Source of the DNA: Chiloscyllium plagiosum
Taxonomy: Eukaryota
Assembly: GCF_004010195.1 (NCBI RefSeq)
Contig: NC_057751.1
Span: 389,248 to 453,247, forward strand
DNA length: 64,000 nucleotides
Direction of reading: 5' to 3'
Below are positions 11,450 to 24,934 of the stretch, piece after piece (position 1 is the stretch's first letter; every line of letters starts with the position of its first letter). Made by a program: the position numbers and the translations under genes. The notes beneath the pieces were generated by a model. That model ran no database searches. It was not told the origin of the DNA and saw only the letters and a program-made list of their open reading frames with translations.

Positions 11450-11660
11450 CAAGCTCATGAGGAAATTCTTCACAGAGGATAGCCACCGAGGTACTGATTC
11501 CCTGGAAGACAGAGACAGTAAAGGAAGCACCAATGGCAAGGCCATCGATGAAGTTGTGCAGTCCATCACTGAGTGTGATCATCCAGGCCAGAGTAGCAAT
11601 GTCAGAGTAACGATTCCCCTTGAGCCAGTAACAGGGCCCTCCAGATGTCTGCTGCAGATC
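11450..11660 (-). CDS. slc39a14: ZIP14 exon 7 (211 nt; DLQQ...DGLHNFIDG...CEEFPHELG)
   Basis: HNFIDG (TM4) and EEFPHE (TM5; E-for-H substitution typical of ZIP8/ZIP14); AG/GT boundaries. Confidence 0.96.
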
Positions 11661-11714
11661 CTGGACAGAGAGACAGATAAACCGGAAAACATTTTAAACA
11701 CCCACACATGATCC

Positions 11715-11930
11715 AACACCCCAATCCTAATCCAATCCCCACCCTGACCTGAAACCACATGCACCCAGTCCCAGCCAGACCCCAATCTCAGCCAGCTCCC
11801 GATCCCATCCTGAACCTCGATCTCAGTCAGCTCCTGATCAAATCCCATCACTTCATCCCAATTCCAGCCACCTGGCTGTGTAATCCCATTCCAATTGTTC
11901 CTCCTTCCCATCCCAAATACATCCCACATT
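11715..11930. repeat. Degenerate C-rich hexamer-like low-complexity repeat (CCAATC/CCCAGT/CCCATC)
   Basis: Direct reading. Confidence 0.6.
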
Positions 11931-12097
11931 AAAACACCAGGCAAAAAGCCGACAGTCACTTGGATTTGGTCCAGGTTTGATATTGGCCCTCCTGCAGATA
12001 GCCCAGATCTTCCCTGCTCTCCTCCTGGGGACACTTGCCCTGGCCTTGGGGGTCAGTTCCATAGGAGACCTGTCACCTTGATCCTTGGCCCACTGAC

Positions 12098-12301
12098 CTG
12101 CACCGACAAGGCCCTGGTGATTGCTGGCTCTCCCTCTGTGGAATCTGTAGACAAAATCTTGTGCTCGCCATCTTCACTGTGACTGGACAATGTGTGACTC
12201 AGATCTCCGTTCTGGAGTTTTTCCATCACTCCATCCTCCTGATCACTCCTGCTGGCATATTGCTGAACTCGGTAGTGAGTGTGATTAAGATGATCTTTCC
12301 C
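12098..12301 (-). CDS. slc39a14: ZIP14 exon 6 (204 nt; cytoplasmic loop GKDHLNHTHY...ALSVQ)
   Basis: DQEDGVMEKLQNGDL is ZIP14-like; AG at 12303-12302, GT at 12097-12096; phase 0/0. Confidence 0.92.
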
Positions 12302-13882
12302 CTGTTCAAACAAGTGCAAAATGGCTGTGGTCAGTAATAATGACACACATCGCAGCACCCTCCATCCATGCCTCAGATATCTCCTGCTGGCTGAGATCAG
12401 AGTTACAAAGGTGAAAAAGGTCAGTGTTCGTGTCCATGTGCTCTCATTACAGATGTTTGATCACTGGCCATGCTGTACTAGTTATAACCAATGATGTGCA
12501 GTTGGAGTGACATTGTAACGTTGCTGTCGGGTCTTGTCGCTCTTACCCAACACCACCCTTCTTCAACTAAATACATCAGTATGTCCTTCTATTCATTTTT
12601 CCCTTTTTTTGGTCTACTTTTGTCTTAAAAACAGCAGAATAATGAACTCTCTCCCTGTGAATTCCACATTCTCACCCCTCTCCTGACATTGTGATTGGAT
12701 TCAGCAATGCAAATGGGGAAGAGACGGATGTTTGGTGATGGTGCTGCTTTTCCCAGACAGGAGTCTCTGGAGAGTGGGGGTATAAAGACCATGCCCTCTT
12801 TATTTTTAATTGTGGGCTAAAATACAAAAATTAATTGTTTTCAAAACCAAGAATTATGGATCGGATTGCCACACTTTTTCAAAGCAAGTTACTGAAATGC
12901 AAGTCATGCCTGTCCTGCTTCTTTGTTCAAGCAGTGCAAGAGGCTGGTTACAGGCAGGCTGGCACCAACTGTGGGGGGGGGGGGGGGGGGAAGAAGTGTG
13001 TCCAAACTGGGAATTGGTTGGCAATAGGTCGCTGATTGATTTGTGACCAGTTGTGGATGCCATCAGCTTGACAACAACATTCTGATTGGCTCCTGGGTCA
13101 CAGAGCAGCTTGAGGGTTTGAATGATACCAGCAGAAGCCTTCGGACTGTTGCAAGGGGCAGACGGTGTGCCTTCCCCCTCTCTGTCTCCAGTGAAATATC
13201 GAAGAAGAAAGCCAATTTCTTTTCCCTCACCAGTGGCTGGAAGCTGCGGTTTTTAACCTGTAACTAAGAGACTTTGTAGGTCGAGTACGAATCGTCTATG
13301 CCTCCTAAAAAGAACTGGAGAACCCAGAAAAGAGAATGAAGAACACAACATCTTGACAAGCAAAAGAATCATCTTGGTGAACCCTAATGATCAGGTGCCA
13401 TTCAATAACTCCCATAGCTCTTCTGCCTTTGGCTGGAAGATTAGGAAAGGTTCAGTGAGGATGCTCCAGTTATCACAGATGCTCAGTCATTCAGTGTTCT
13501 ATTCTAGCGTGGACTGCAGTCCTTTGAAGGCCTAGCAATACCCCTTTCCTCCCTGCCACTCCTGTGTTCTGCAAGGATGGAGAGGGAGAGAACCTTTACT
13601 GTCCTAGACCTCCATATGGGGCGTGGAGACAGAGGAGAGGGGGGCAGAGATCGGCCTCGCTGATGCTGCACACCAATATTCAGAGGCACCTGCTTTCTGT
13701 TGTGAAGATTGTCAATACTCATCCTGAGAAAAGGAAAAGATAAAAAAGAGAAGGGAGTGTGCTTCCTTGTCAGAGGATGAATTTCCACTGGTTCAGTCAG
13801 CACTTGTTCCCAGGATATAGATAATTTAATCCAGAGGTTTATCAAGCACCCGCCCAGTCAACAGGGTCAAATGCAGCTTTAC

Positions 13883-14005
13883 CTTCTCTTTGGGTTTCAG
13901 CACCATCTTCAGGATCTTCTCTGTGAAGAAAAAGAGATAGAATCCCCCGAAGACCACTGCCGATTTCGACACATAATCAGCCTCCTTTGGGTCAAATCCA
14001 AACGC
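13883..14005 (-). CDS. slc39a14: ZIP14 exon 5 (123 nt; [41 protein letters not shown])
   Basis: Translated by hand; AG/GT boundaries; absent from ORF track. Confidence 0.95.
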
Positions 14006-14034
14006 CTGAGTGAGGGGAACACATCATCAAGTTA

Positions 14035-14235
14035 AAGAGCCATTACGATCACAACTAACTGTATGGTTCACTAATGCCCCTTAGGGAAGGAAACTGCAAC
14101 CTTCACCTGGTCTGGCCTACATGTGAGTCCAGACCCACAACAATGTAGGTCAGACTTAAAATGCCTCTGGGCAATTAGAGATGGGGAACAAATGTTGGTC
14201 CAGCCAGTGACGCCCACATGCTGTGAATAAATAAA
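14035..14235 (-). mobile_element. Dispersed SINE-like repeat (other copies ~24560-24880, 25470-25660, 29855-30005, 32350-32550, 34540-34850, 45570-45680)
   Basis: Shared motif GGTCTGGAGTCACATGTAGGCCAGACCAGG..GATTTCCTTCCC..AAGGACAT.AGTGAACCA recurring in both orientations; family not identified. Confidence 0.6.
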
Positions 14236-16228
14236 AAGCAGCACAGTATTTGTCCCTCCCACAGGCAAACGTACACCATCCCCTCACCTCTCCCTGAGGG
14301 GGAGAAGCCTCTTGATTTCCAGCAATTCGGAGTGATTTCCCAGTTGATTAAACAGGATCAGTGCCAGGTCCTTTACAGAGCTACATGAACAGTGTAGAGG
14401 GCACCGTGAGTCACCGTAGGAGGAGGGGTCAGGAGGAAGTTGGGAGGGGAGGTGGAGGGGACAGGATGGGGAGTCAGGAGGAAGTGGAGGGGGTCGCAAG
14501 ACGGGTCAGAGGGAGACAGAGTGATGGTCAGTGGGTCAGAGGGAGGGAGTGTGTTGTCAGATGATGGGAGTGGGAGGGAAAAGGAAAAAAATGACAAGTT
14601 AAATTTCTTTGACTGAACATGAAAACCTGTGGGAGCTGAACAGGTGTCTGGTGAGTTCTCTGTAGTATGTGACTGGAGTCTCTGAATTTTTACTCCAATG
14701 TCTCCTCACTGTGGCTGCTTCAGGGTTTGTTAGCAGCTCCAGATGATGGCCTGCAGACTGTCCTGGGAATCTCAGCAAACGGTGCCAGCCTCTGGGTCTG
14801 CAGGTGTGCTGCTGGGGCCCTGGAGGGACAGCCCCAAAGAGGCTCAATGACAGGAAGGACAATGCAGAGAACCCATGTCCCTCATGTCGCTGCCCCATCA
14901 TGTTCTGGGACACAGTGGGCTTGCTGTACAGGGGCAGGAAATGGGACGAAAGATACCTCCCCCATCTCCTTGCAGCAAGCTTTTCCAAAGTCACTTAGAC
15001 AGGGCAGAGGTTCACTACCCATCCCACATTAAAAACAAACAAAATGTCTCCAAGTAAATACAAAAGAAATACAACCTGATTGGCTTCAGCCAGATGATGT
15101 TACCTCAAACCACATCTGGGAAGCCAAGCCACTGGCAGTCACAGGTGAGGAAGCTTCATGTGAAATCCCGGTGTCACATAACGCAAACGTACAATCAGGA
15201 ACAAAGGATTTAAATATTGGTATGCCCCAAGCTTGATCAGTGTGCATGGAGAGAGGGCTTTAGGTTCACTAGTCTCTCAAAGCTTCAGTGCCAGATGTTT
15301 GATTGGGATTTCTGGGAATCCGAATTGAAAAGGGGTCATAAGGTACAGTGGTAATGTTCCTCCTCTTGGTTCAGGAGTTCAAATCCCAATTCTGGAGAGA
15401 TGTTTGAGAACATGTCCCAACAGGTTGATTTAAATTTATTTTTTGGCCTTCAGTAACTTTCTCCATTTGTAAAGAAATCAATACCATCTTCTCCAGACTG
15501 TCCACGTAAGTAGAGTCCATCACTGCTCTCACTGTACCCTTGTTCAGGCGCCACTATCCTTCCCAAAGTGCATCTTTCAAAACCTACAGTAGGACTGCAG
15601 CTGAGCCTAACCAGTGGTTTCTTAAGGGTTTAGTGTTACCTTTTGTACTCCCCGCCGCGATTATTGAAGCAAGGAACCTCACTAGCTGTTTGTTAGAAAT
15701 GACAGAGAATGTAAAAGACAGAAACAGGCTATTCACACCAACCAGTTCCTGCTGTTGGTCACTCTCTTCTCACACTGATCCTCATTTAAATCGGCCAAAC
15801 TAACCCTTTATTCCCATCTCCCTCATGTACATCACTAGCTTTTCCTGAAATGCATTTTATAATATTGATCTCAACCTTCCCCAGAGAGACACCCACATTC
15901 TGACCTCTCCCAGGGGGGAGGGTAAGAGTTCCACATTCTGACCCTTCTGTGAAACAAAGTTGGCATGTTCAGCTTCGATGGGCCCCTCCCTGTGTTTCGG
16001 TGCTGCTCATATGGAGCCACTGCCCTTGCCCTTGCCAGCTGGCACGGAGGCTTGTGTCTTTGGGAGCTGGGTAGCCAATCAGTGGGCACTTGGTTCTTCT
16101 TTGGGTTTCCTAGTGGTTCAGGGAAGAGCAAGGAATTCCAAGAGGAGACCCGGGCTGGGCCAGCAGCTAACACGAACACGAGCCGACTCTCCATGCACCA
16201 CTGACACTCTGTGAATTAAGGTGAATTA

Positions 16229-16492
<264 letters not shown>

Positions 16493-18327
16493 TCATTCAA
16501 TAGAAAGGCCAGAGGCAAGGAAAAGGTCAAAAAGGAGAGAGAAGGTAAACAAAAAACATTAAACTCATCAACTGATGTCAAATCAGGTCCACAATTGGAC
16601 CATGTCACCATCCATTCTGATCACTTTCAAGGACACAGAATATAATAGAGTCTCTGGTGATTTCTAGAATAACAGTCATCTCTGGCCCCATTCAAGAATA
16701 TAAGACACAAAGAAGCTCTATAGCAAACCCAGCATTCACTGGGACTGTAGTTTGTCTACACCATGGAGCCACCTCTGCTGTTACAGACCCCAACTCACAG
16801 AAACCTCATTTTTCAAACTCTCATCCTTACCAAACCCCAGCAGACCTGACAGTTGTTCTTTGATTGAGCACTTGGGTTAAACGTTTCACATTTCCATGAC
16901 TCTTTGTGTGAGGAAATGCTTGTGCACATTACCCCTGAACAGCCTGGCTCAAAGTTGGAGTCACATTGTTGTGATCAGTACTGCATGCATCCTGATCCCC
17001 TTCAACACCACAGGAGAGAGTTTCTCTCCATCAAACTGATCAATGACTTTCATCATCTTAGAGCTCTTGTCTAGCAGATAAATTACAGGTTTATCCTCAT
17101 GCAACTTGTCGTCATAATTTAATCATTTGAGACTCTCTACCTCCAGCCCAATTGGAGTGTTTCCAACTTCCAACTCCACTCTGGATGAAGGAACTGTTAT
17201 TCCAGAAATCAGACCAGTGCAATTACAGCAGACTGAGACACAACTGGTCACTAGGTTTCAGTTTGCAAAGTTGAGGCAGCTGTGTATGAAAACCAAGGTG
17301 TTGGGCAGGACAGAGTGGTGACAACAAGATCAACAGCAATTCCAATCAGAATGAAGGAAAAGTGGCCCCAGAAGGATGGAAAATATCAATTTGAATCTTT
17401 AACTAGGTTCCCCTTGGGATCTGAGGCGTAACATGTAGAGGACTGTACTCTTTGCCATAATGTCTCCAATCTCTGAGGAAACAGGGAATAGGAAGGGATT
17501 ACAATATTCCAACATGGACTGGTTTTGTCAAGGAGGGAGCAGCTGAGTGACCCCAGTTTTTCCAACTCCTGACTGAGATCTGGCGATGCCAAACTGCCAG
17601 ATCTTCCAGCAGGTGAGGGGTTTCCAGCACTAGTCTGCCACATTTTCCAACCTTTCCCACTCCAGCAATAACCCTTGTTGGGGGTTTCAGCAGCCAGTGG
17701 TGTCCAGTTCACACTTGGGAAAGAGGTTCCAGAGTTAACTGAAACTCAGTGAAACAGCCAGCGCAGATACTACTGTGAGCAGCTTCAACGTTCTGAGGGA
17801 CTGGATGTTGCGGATTCAGTCAAATGCCAAGAACTCACCAAATTGAACAGAGATCTCCTCCCTTTGAGCTCCAGAGGAGTGACTGAATCCAACTGTATAC
17901 TGAAATAAACGGTGTATTCCTAAAATTTAACCTCACTCACCCGGCTCACAACGTTCAGTGAAGTTTGACCGACTCCAGGATCAGCTCATGGTGTCTAATG
18001 TGGGGTGCATCTGACCTCAAGGAGCAAGTGCTATGGGGTATGTCATTTTGAGTGTCAAACACACCCGTTGAGGTCAAAGGGCAGAGTCTGGCACAGCAAC
18101 AATTTGTTTTGAATCCAGGGAGTTCGAGAGAGATTTGACCAGTGCTGTGCATGTGACACAGTCAGTTTCAACATCAAGACAAGTGTATGGGAAACTGGGC
18201 CACTCAGAGTGTTGAAGCAAACAGTGACAGAAAGACTAAGTTCAACAGGGATGATTATCCCCCAGTAAACAACAGCATGTGCCCCATATCAGAATGGAGA
18301 GGGAAGCTTGTTGAGGAAGTACTGCAC

Positions 18328-18497
18328 CTCTGGAATGAGCTGGAAAATGGCAGTGGAGAACAACGTGCCAATCGCCAGGGCAACAAAGAAGATCAGGAAC
18401 CTGTGGAAAAACTGCTTTCGCTGGCACAGGGTGATGGTGACTCCAAACAGTGAGCTGAGGTTTATCACAGATACACTGAGAAAACCAAAGCCCCACA
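18328..18497 (-). CDS. slc39a14: ZIP14 alternative exon 4, upstream copy (170 nt; VWGFGFLSVSVINLSSLFGVTITLCQRKQFFHRFLIFFVALAIGTLFSTAIFQLIPE; 4A-like)
   Basis: Same length and phases as 16235-16404, open frame, AG/GT intact; VWGFGFLSVS..INL resembles the mammalian alternative exon 4. Confidence 0.92.
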
Positions 18498-18796
18498 CTG
18501 TGCAGAGAAAACAGATCAGTGGAAACATTATTTTAAACAATATTTCAAACCCAGTTCAGCTGCCATTTCACTCAGGAACACACCCATTGCTAATCCACCC
18601 TATCAAAGCACATAAATACAAACAAGGAACTGAAGTAGGCCATTCAGCCCTTCTCGACTGCTCCATCACTCAATAAGATCACGGCTGATTTTGTTTTAAC
18701 ATCAACTCCATGTTCCTGCATATTGCTCATCATCAAGAAAATATATACCTCTGAATTTTTAAAAAATGTGAAGATTTTGCATCCACTGCTTTTAAG

Positions 18797-19625
18797 AGTC
18801 ATAGGGATGTACAATTTGAAGAGAGACTCTTTGGTCCAACACATCCATGCCGACCAGATGTCCTAAGCTATTCCAATCCCCATTTGCCAGCACTTGACCT
18901 ATATCCCTCTAAACCCTTCCTATTCATATACCCATCCAGATGTGTGTTAAATGTTGTAATTGTACCAGTCTCCACCACTTGCTTTGGCAGCTCATTCCAT
19001 TCACACACCACACTCTGCGTGAAAAAGCTGCCCCTTAGGTCTAGTTTAAATTTCTCTCCTCTTACCCTTAACCTAATCCCGCTCATCTAACTCCCCCACC
19101 CTGGGGGGAGGACCTTGTCTATTTACCCTATCCAAGCCCCTCATGATTTTATAAAATTTTCTAAGGTCACACCTTACTCTCTGACGCTCCAGGGAAAACA
19201 GCCCAGCCTATTCAGCTTCTCCCTATAGCTCAAATCCTCCAATCCTAGCAACATCCTTTTAAATCTTTTCTGAATCCTTTCAAGTTTCACAACATCCTTC
19301 CAATAGGAGGGAGACCAGAATTGCATGCAATTGAACCAATGTCCAGTACAGCTACAACATGACCTCCTAACTCCCATACTCAATGCTCTGACCAATAAGG
19401 AAAGTAAACCAAACATCATCTTCACTATCCTATCGACCTGCGAATCCATTTGCAAGGAGCTATGAACTTGCGTTCCAAGGTCTCTTTGTTCAGCAACACT
19501 CTCCAGGACCTTACCGTTAAGTGTTTAAGTCCTGCCCTGGTTTGCCTTTCTAAAATGCAGCACCTCACATTTATGTAAATTAAACTCCATCTGCCACTCC
19601 TCAGCCAATGGCCCACGTGATCAAG
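18797..19625 (-). mobile_element. CR1 LINE (HER1-like) 3' fragment
   Basis: Minus ORFs with QFWSPSYWKDVVKLERIQKRFKRML and FFTQSVVCEWNELP; CR1 tail. Confidence 0.9.
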
Positions 19626-20259
19626 ACCCCCTTGTACTCTGAGGTAACTTTCTTCTTTTGATAAAGGGAATTACAAAGGTGCACAATTCTCAGAGAAAAA
19701 TGTTTCTGCATCTCTGTTTTAAATGGGCACCTCCTTGTTTTTAAACAACAAGCCCTCATTCTAATTGTCTCACGAAGTGCTTTCGACATCCAATCGATCA
19801 AGTCTCCTCAGGATCTTTTGTGCTTCAATTCAATCAACTCTGACTCTTCAATTCCAGTGGATACAGGCCGAGCCTGTCTAACCTTTCCTCAAAAGGTAAA
19901 CCCGCTTTACCCTCATCCCTTCGCTAAGGTGCAAACTTTGAAATATTACATTTAGTTCTTTTATATGAATCATTAATATTTATTGTGAATAGATTAGATT
20001 AGATTAGATTACATTACAGTGTTAGAAGCAATATTATTCTTAGAACAAATGGTAAGACTTGTCCTCAACTAAGTGATTGTACAGAATTGAACTATATTCC
20101 TCTAATCCCAAGCACATTCACAAGACAGACTAACTGCAGGGACAAGGTCAGTTACATAAAAAGGCCAAGGGTCTGAATTCAAAAGTGAGAAAGTTGGGAA
20201 GACTTCACACAGTCGAGTCAATTTTGTGTCATCAAGATCACAATGCTGACATTCTGAGA

Positions 20260-20575
20260 ATTAGATTAGATTAGATTAGATTACAGTGTGGAAACAGGCC
20301 CTTCGGCCCAACAAGTCCACACCGACCCGCCGAAGCGAACCCACCCATACCCCTACCCCTACATTTACCCCTTACCTAACACTACGGGCAATTTAGTATG
20401 GCCAATTCACCTGACCTGCACATCTTTGGACTGTGGGAGGAAACCGGAGCACCCGGAGGAAACCCACGCAGACACGGGGAGAACGTGCAAACTCCACACA
20501 GTCAGTCGCCTGAGGCGGGAATTGAACCCGGGTCTCTGGCGCTGCGAGGCAACAGTGCTAACCACTGTGCCACCA
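20260..20575 (-). mobile_element. Young full-length V-SINE (HE1-like) with (TCTAA)n tail
   Basis: Minus strand GGTGGCACAGTGGTTAGCACTG...GGGTTCAATTCCCG (B box), V-domain GGAGTTTGCACGTTCTCCCCGTGTCTGCGTGGGTTTCCTCCGGG, CR1-like tail. Confidence 0.9.
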
Positions 20576-20792
20576 TATAGCTGGAGTCCATGCACTAGAC
20601 TCTGTGGAACCCCACTAGTCACTGATGCCACCCAAAGAAAACCTGTTCATTCCTATTCTTGGTTTCCAGTCTGTGAACCAATTCACTATCCACATTATTA
20701 CACTGCCCCTAATTGCTTGTAAATTTTATATGCCAAACTCTTAAGTGAGCCTTTCCTGAAAGCCTTCTGAAAGACGAAGTAAACTACATTTT

Positions 20793-21215
20793 GAGCTATA
20801 GGGGGAGGCTGAATAGGCTGGGGCTGTTTTCTCTGGAGCTTTGGAGGCTGACAGGTGACCTTATAGAAGTTTATAAGGTCATGAGGGACGTGGATAGGGT
20901 AAATAGAGAAAGTGTTTTCCCTGCGGTGGGGGAGTCCAGAACTTGAGGGCATAGGTTTAGGGTGACAGGGGAAAAATTTACAAGAGGCCTAAGGTGCAAC
21001 TTTTTCACGCAAAGGGTGGTGCATGTATGGAATGAACTGCCAGAGGAAGTGGTGGAGGCTGGTACAATTACGACATTTGAAAGGCATCTCTATGGGAAGG
21101 GTTAAAAGGGATATGGGCTCAACACTGGCAAATGGGGCTTGATTAGTTTCGGATATCTGGTTGGCATGGACAAACTGGCCTGAAGGGTCCGTTTCCGTGC
21201 TGTACATCTCTATGA
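20793..21215 (+). mobile_element. CR1 LINE 3' fragment
   Basis: Closely similar to 53480-53920. Confidence 0.88.
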
Positions 21216-22379
21216 ATGTACGACTCAAACACGCATTTCCAGGTGTTATTCTAAAAAACCTTCTCCGACCTTCTTCCAACGCTTGAACATCCTTGCATAA
21301 GGCCACTGACCATTACTGTACATACAATTGCACATGCAACCTTATCAATGCCCTGTAGAACTTAAGCACTATCTCCCTGCTCTTGCATTCAATTCCCCTC
21401 ACAATAAAACAATGTCACATGAACTTTCCTGATTACTTGCAGTATCAGCAGAATAACCCTCTGTGATTTACAGACACTCAGATCCCTCTTCATCTCAGAG
21501 CTGTGTAACCTCTCGTCATTAACATTTTTTCTGCCAAAATGGACAATTTCACACTTTCTCAGATTGCCAAATCTTTGCTCACTTACTTAACTCATCCATA
21601 TCCCTTTGGTGACTTCTTAAGTCTTCTTTGCAACTCACATTCCTGATTATGCTTATGTCATCAGAAAATTTAGTAGATTTAGATCCACATTTCTCTCTCT
21701 TAAACGGTATGTAAATTTCAATCAAATTATGATCCTTGGCAAGCAGGACATTTTCACTCTGAGCTGAGTAATTAATCCAATCTCTGATCAAAACCAGGTG
21801 TAGTAAAACCTGCTTATAAAGGATTGATGCTGGAGATCAAATGAGAAACAAACAGTCTGGTGCTGCCACACTTGCTGATTATCTCCAGCAATTTCTATTT
21901 TTGTTCTCATAAAACCAGTTGGTGCCTTAACATCCTTGGTGTGAGAAACGGTCCTGAACACATTCCCTGAATTACTCATCAAAACTACTTTTCCCATCTG
22001 ACTTTATTATGCAATGTAGGTTAAAATTCCCCATGATAACTGCTGGAGCCTTTTGATAATCTGCCTGAGTCGTCTTCTTTGAAACTTTATTCTATCCTGT
22101 GTTACTATTAGAAAGCCTGTACACAGCTGTCACAAGTGACTTCTTGCTTTATAAGTCCTCATCTTGACACAGACTGCTTCGATACCCTAGTTTCCTAAAT
22201 CCAAGTCATTGCTGTCTGTTGTGCTAACATCACCTTTAATTAAAACGGTCACTCCACCTACTCTCTGTCCTGCCTAAGAATCACAAACCATCACACACAA
22301 ATCTACACCTGATCTTGTGAAATGTGGACACAGGAGAAAAGACACTGTCAGCTTCTTGTCACTGGAAACGTGGGGAATC

Positions 22380-22548
22380 TGACAGTGCAGCCGTCCCTCA
22401 GTGCTGATACTCCTCAGGACAAACCCTCCTACAGTGCAGCATTCCCCCAGTATTGACCCACTGACGGTGCAGCACTCCCTCGATATTGACCCACTGATGG
22501 TACAGCACTCTCTCAGCACTGACCCTCCGACAGTGAGGCACTCCCTGG
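22380..22548. repeat. 33-bp minisatellite (~4-5 units, CAGTGCAGCACTCCCTCAGTACTGACCCACTGA-like)
   Basis: 11-aa periodicity in ORFs 22274..22570 and 22401..22691; related reverse-complement units at ~5005-5050 and ~28190-28280. Confidence 0.8.
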
Positions 22549-22574
22549 GTTTTAGAAGACTGAAAGTCACTTAC

Positions 22575-22761
22575 CTTCAGAAGGTGTGGGCTTTAAGAGC
22601 ACAGCAGCCTCATCCTCCTCATTCTCCTGCTTTTCTGCAGCACAAGCTCCACTTTCCAGCTGCTGAAGGATTGTCGGACAGATGTGTTTGAAGGTGGCAC
22701 TGTCTATCCTGCTGTTGTTGTTGAGATTGTGAATTGCAAAAAGCTGTGATGACGAGAAGCA
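22575..22761 (-). CDS. slc39a14: ZIP14 exon 3 (187 nt; CFSSSQLFAIHNL...CPTILQQLESGAC...PTPSE)
   Basis: CPTILQQL ectodomain motif; AG 22763-22762, GTAAGT donor; phase 0/1. Confidence 0.95.
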
Positions 22762-22849
22762 CTGGATGGGGATAGAAAATGTCACCTAGTCATTGTTGTT
22801 CCTCTGAACGCGTTGTCAATGTTTTGGCAACATGTGATTATACTCTTAG

Positions 22850-24530
22850 AATACAGAACATAGAAAAGTACAGCACAGTACAGGCCCTTCATCCCATGAT
22901 TTTGTGCTCAGCATTTATCTTACTCTAAGATCAAGCAAACATTGATTTTACTGCCAATTTACTGCCATCCACGTGCTTGTCCAGCAGTCGCTTGAATGTC
23001 CCTAATGTATCTTATTCTACTCCCACCGCTGGCAGTGCATTCTACACACCCACAACTCTCTACCTCTGACATCTCCCCTATACCTTCCTCCAATCACCTT
23101 AAAATTTTGACCTCTTCTGACAGCCATTTCTGCCCTGGGGAAAAGTCTCTGGCAATCTCCTCTATCTCTGCCTCTCATTACCTTGTACACCTCTATCAAG
23201 TCGCCTCTCTTCCTTCCTCTCTCCAGTATGAAAAGCCCGAGCTCATTCAACCTCTTCATAAGACAGGCCTTCCAATCCATGCAGCATCCTGGTAAACCTA
23301 CTCTTCAACCTCTCTAAAGCATCTACATTCTTTTCATAATGAGACGACCAGAACTGGACACAATATTCTAAGTGCGGTCTAACCAGGGTTTTACAAAGCT
23401 GCAGCAAAACCTTGCAGCTCTTAAATTCAATCCCTCTGTTAATGAAAGCCAAAACACCATATGCCTTCTTAACAATACTATCAACTTGGGTGGCAACTTT
23501 GTGGGATCTATGTACATGGACCCCAAGATCCTGCTGTTCCTCCACACTGCCAAGAATCCTGCCTTTAACCCTGTATTCAGCATTCAAATTTGACCTTCCA
23601 AAATAAATCACTTTGCAGTTATCCAGGTTGAACTCCATCTGTCACTTCTCAGCTCAGATCTGCATCCTGTCGATGTCTTGTTGTAGCCTGTAACAGCCCT
23701 CGACACTACCTACAACACCACCGACTTTGTGTCATCGGCAAACTTACTAAGCCACCCTTCCACTCCTTCATCCAAGTCATTTATAAAAACTACAAAGAGC
23801 AGAGGACCAAGAACAGATCCATGAGGGACATCACTGGTCACTGACCTCCAGGCAGAATACTTTCCATCCACTATCACTCACTGTCTTCTTTCATCCAGCC
23901 AATACTGTATCCAGACAGCCACATTTCCCTGTATCCCATACCTCCTAACTTTCTGAATGAGCCTACCATGGAGAACCTTATAAAATGCCTTACTGAAATC
24001 CATTTACACCATATCCACTGCTCAATCTTCATTAACTTGTCACGTCACATCCTCAAAGAACTCAATAAGGCTTGTGAGGGATTACCTGCCCCTCACAAAG
24101 CCATGCTGACTATCGTTAATCAAACTATGTTTTTCCAAATTGCCATCAATCCTATCTCTCAGAATCCTTTCCAGGGCCTTGCTCACCACAGACGTAATTC
24201 CCAGGGATTTCCCTATTCCCTTTCTTGAAGAACAACATTCATCTTCCTCCAATCAGCCGGTACTACTCCCATGGAGAGTGAGGATGCAAAGATCATCACC
24301 AGATGTGCAGCAGTCTCATTCCTCGTTTCCCGTAGTAACCTTGGATATATCCAGCCTGACCCTGATTACTGATCAGTCTTGATGCTTCCCAGAATTTCCA
24401 GCACATCCCCTTTCTTAATATCTATCTGTTCAAGCCTATTAACCTGGTCCATGGTGTTCTCGCGATCAACAAGGTCCCTCTCTCTAGTGAATACTGAAGC
24501 AAAAAACTCATTTAGGGCTTTCCCTACCTC
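22850..24530 (-). mobile_element. CR1 LINE ORF2 (RT) fragment with 3' tail
   Basis: ORF 23243..23638 (KKAYGVLAFINRGIEFKS..LVRPHLEYCVQFWS); upstream degenerate RT sequence. Confidence 0.9.
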
Positions 24531-24934
24531 TTGTCAGTAAATCAATAACTACCCTAGTCAGTCTTTTTATTAATTCATTCACAGGTCTGGGCAAGGTCAG
24601 CATCAATTGGATATCCTAATTGCTGTTGAATTGAGTAGGGCCAACAGTAACATGATAGGCCAAATGGCCTGCTGGTGAACCATAACAGTTCTATGATTTG
24701 TTTTGATTTCAAACTCTATGACTCAAATGGCAGTTAGGAGTCAATCACATTGCAGTGGGTCTGGAGTGACATGGTGACTAGACCAAATAAGAATGGCAGA
24801 TTTCCTTCCCCAAAGGACATGAGTGAATGAGCTGGGTTATTTTTAAAACAGTGATACTTTCATGGTCACTAACCACGAGCTTCACCTAAACTTGTCGCTC
24901 AAGCTCAGTCTTGTTGCAGATGGCAGGTTACAGA

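Noticed and set aside
10922..11582. ORFs 10922..11569 and 11253..11582 as independent genes
   Set aside because: Alternative-frame or intron read-through of slc39a14 exon 7 into intron and repeat sequence
12780..13490. LTR-like segment in slc39a14 intron 5 (similar impressions at ~26680-27420 and ~39350-39970)
   Set aside because: No second copy, clear termini or TSD could be established by eye
18328..18497. Upstream exon 4 as an assembly duplicate, pseudo-exon or piece of slc39a8
   Set aside because: Highly diverged from the other copy yet frame, length and splice sites are intact; no other duplicated exons; fits the known mutually exclusive exon arrangement
20500..20575. tRNA gene (also 4604-4670 and 63928-64000)
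   Set aside because: tRNA-like A/B-box heads of SINEs; where sequence continues they run into the V-domain and CR1-like tail
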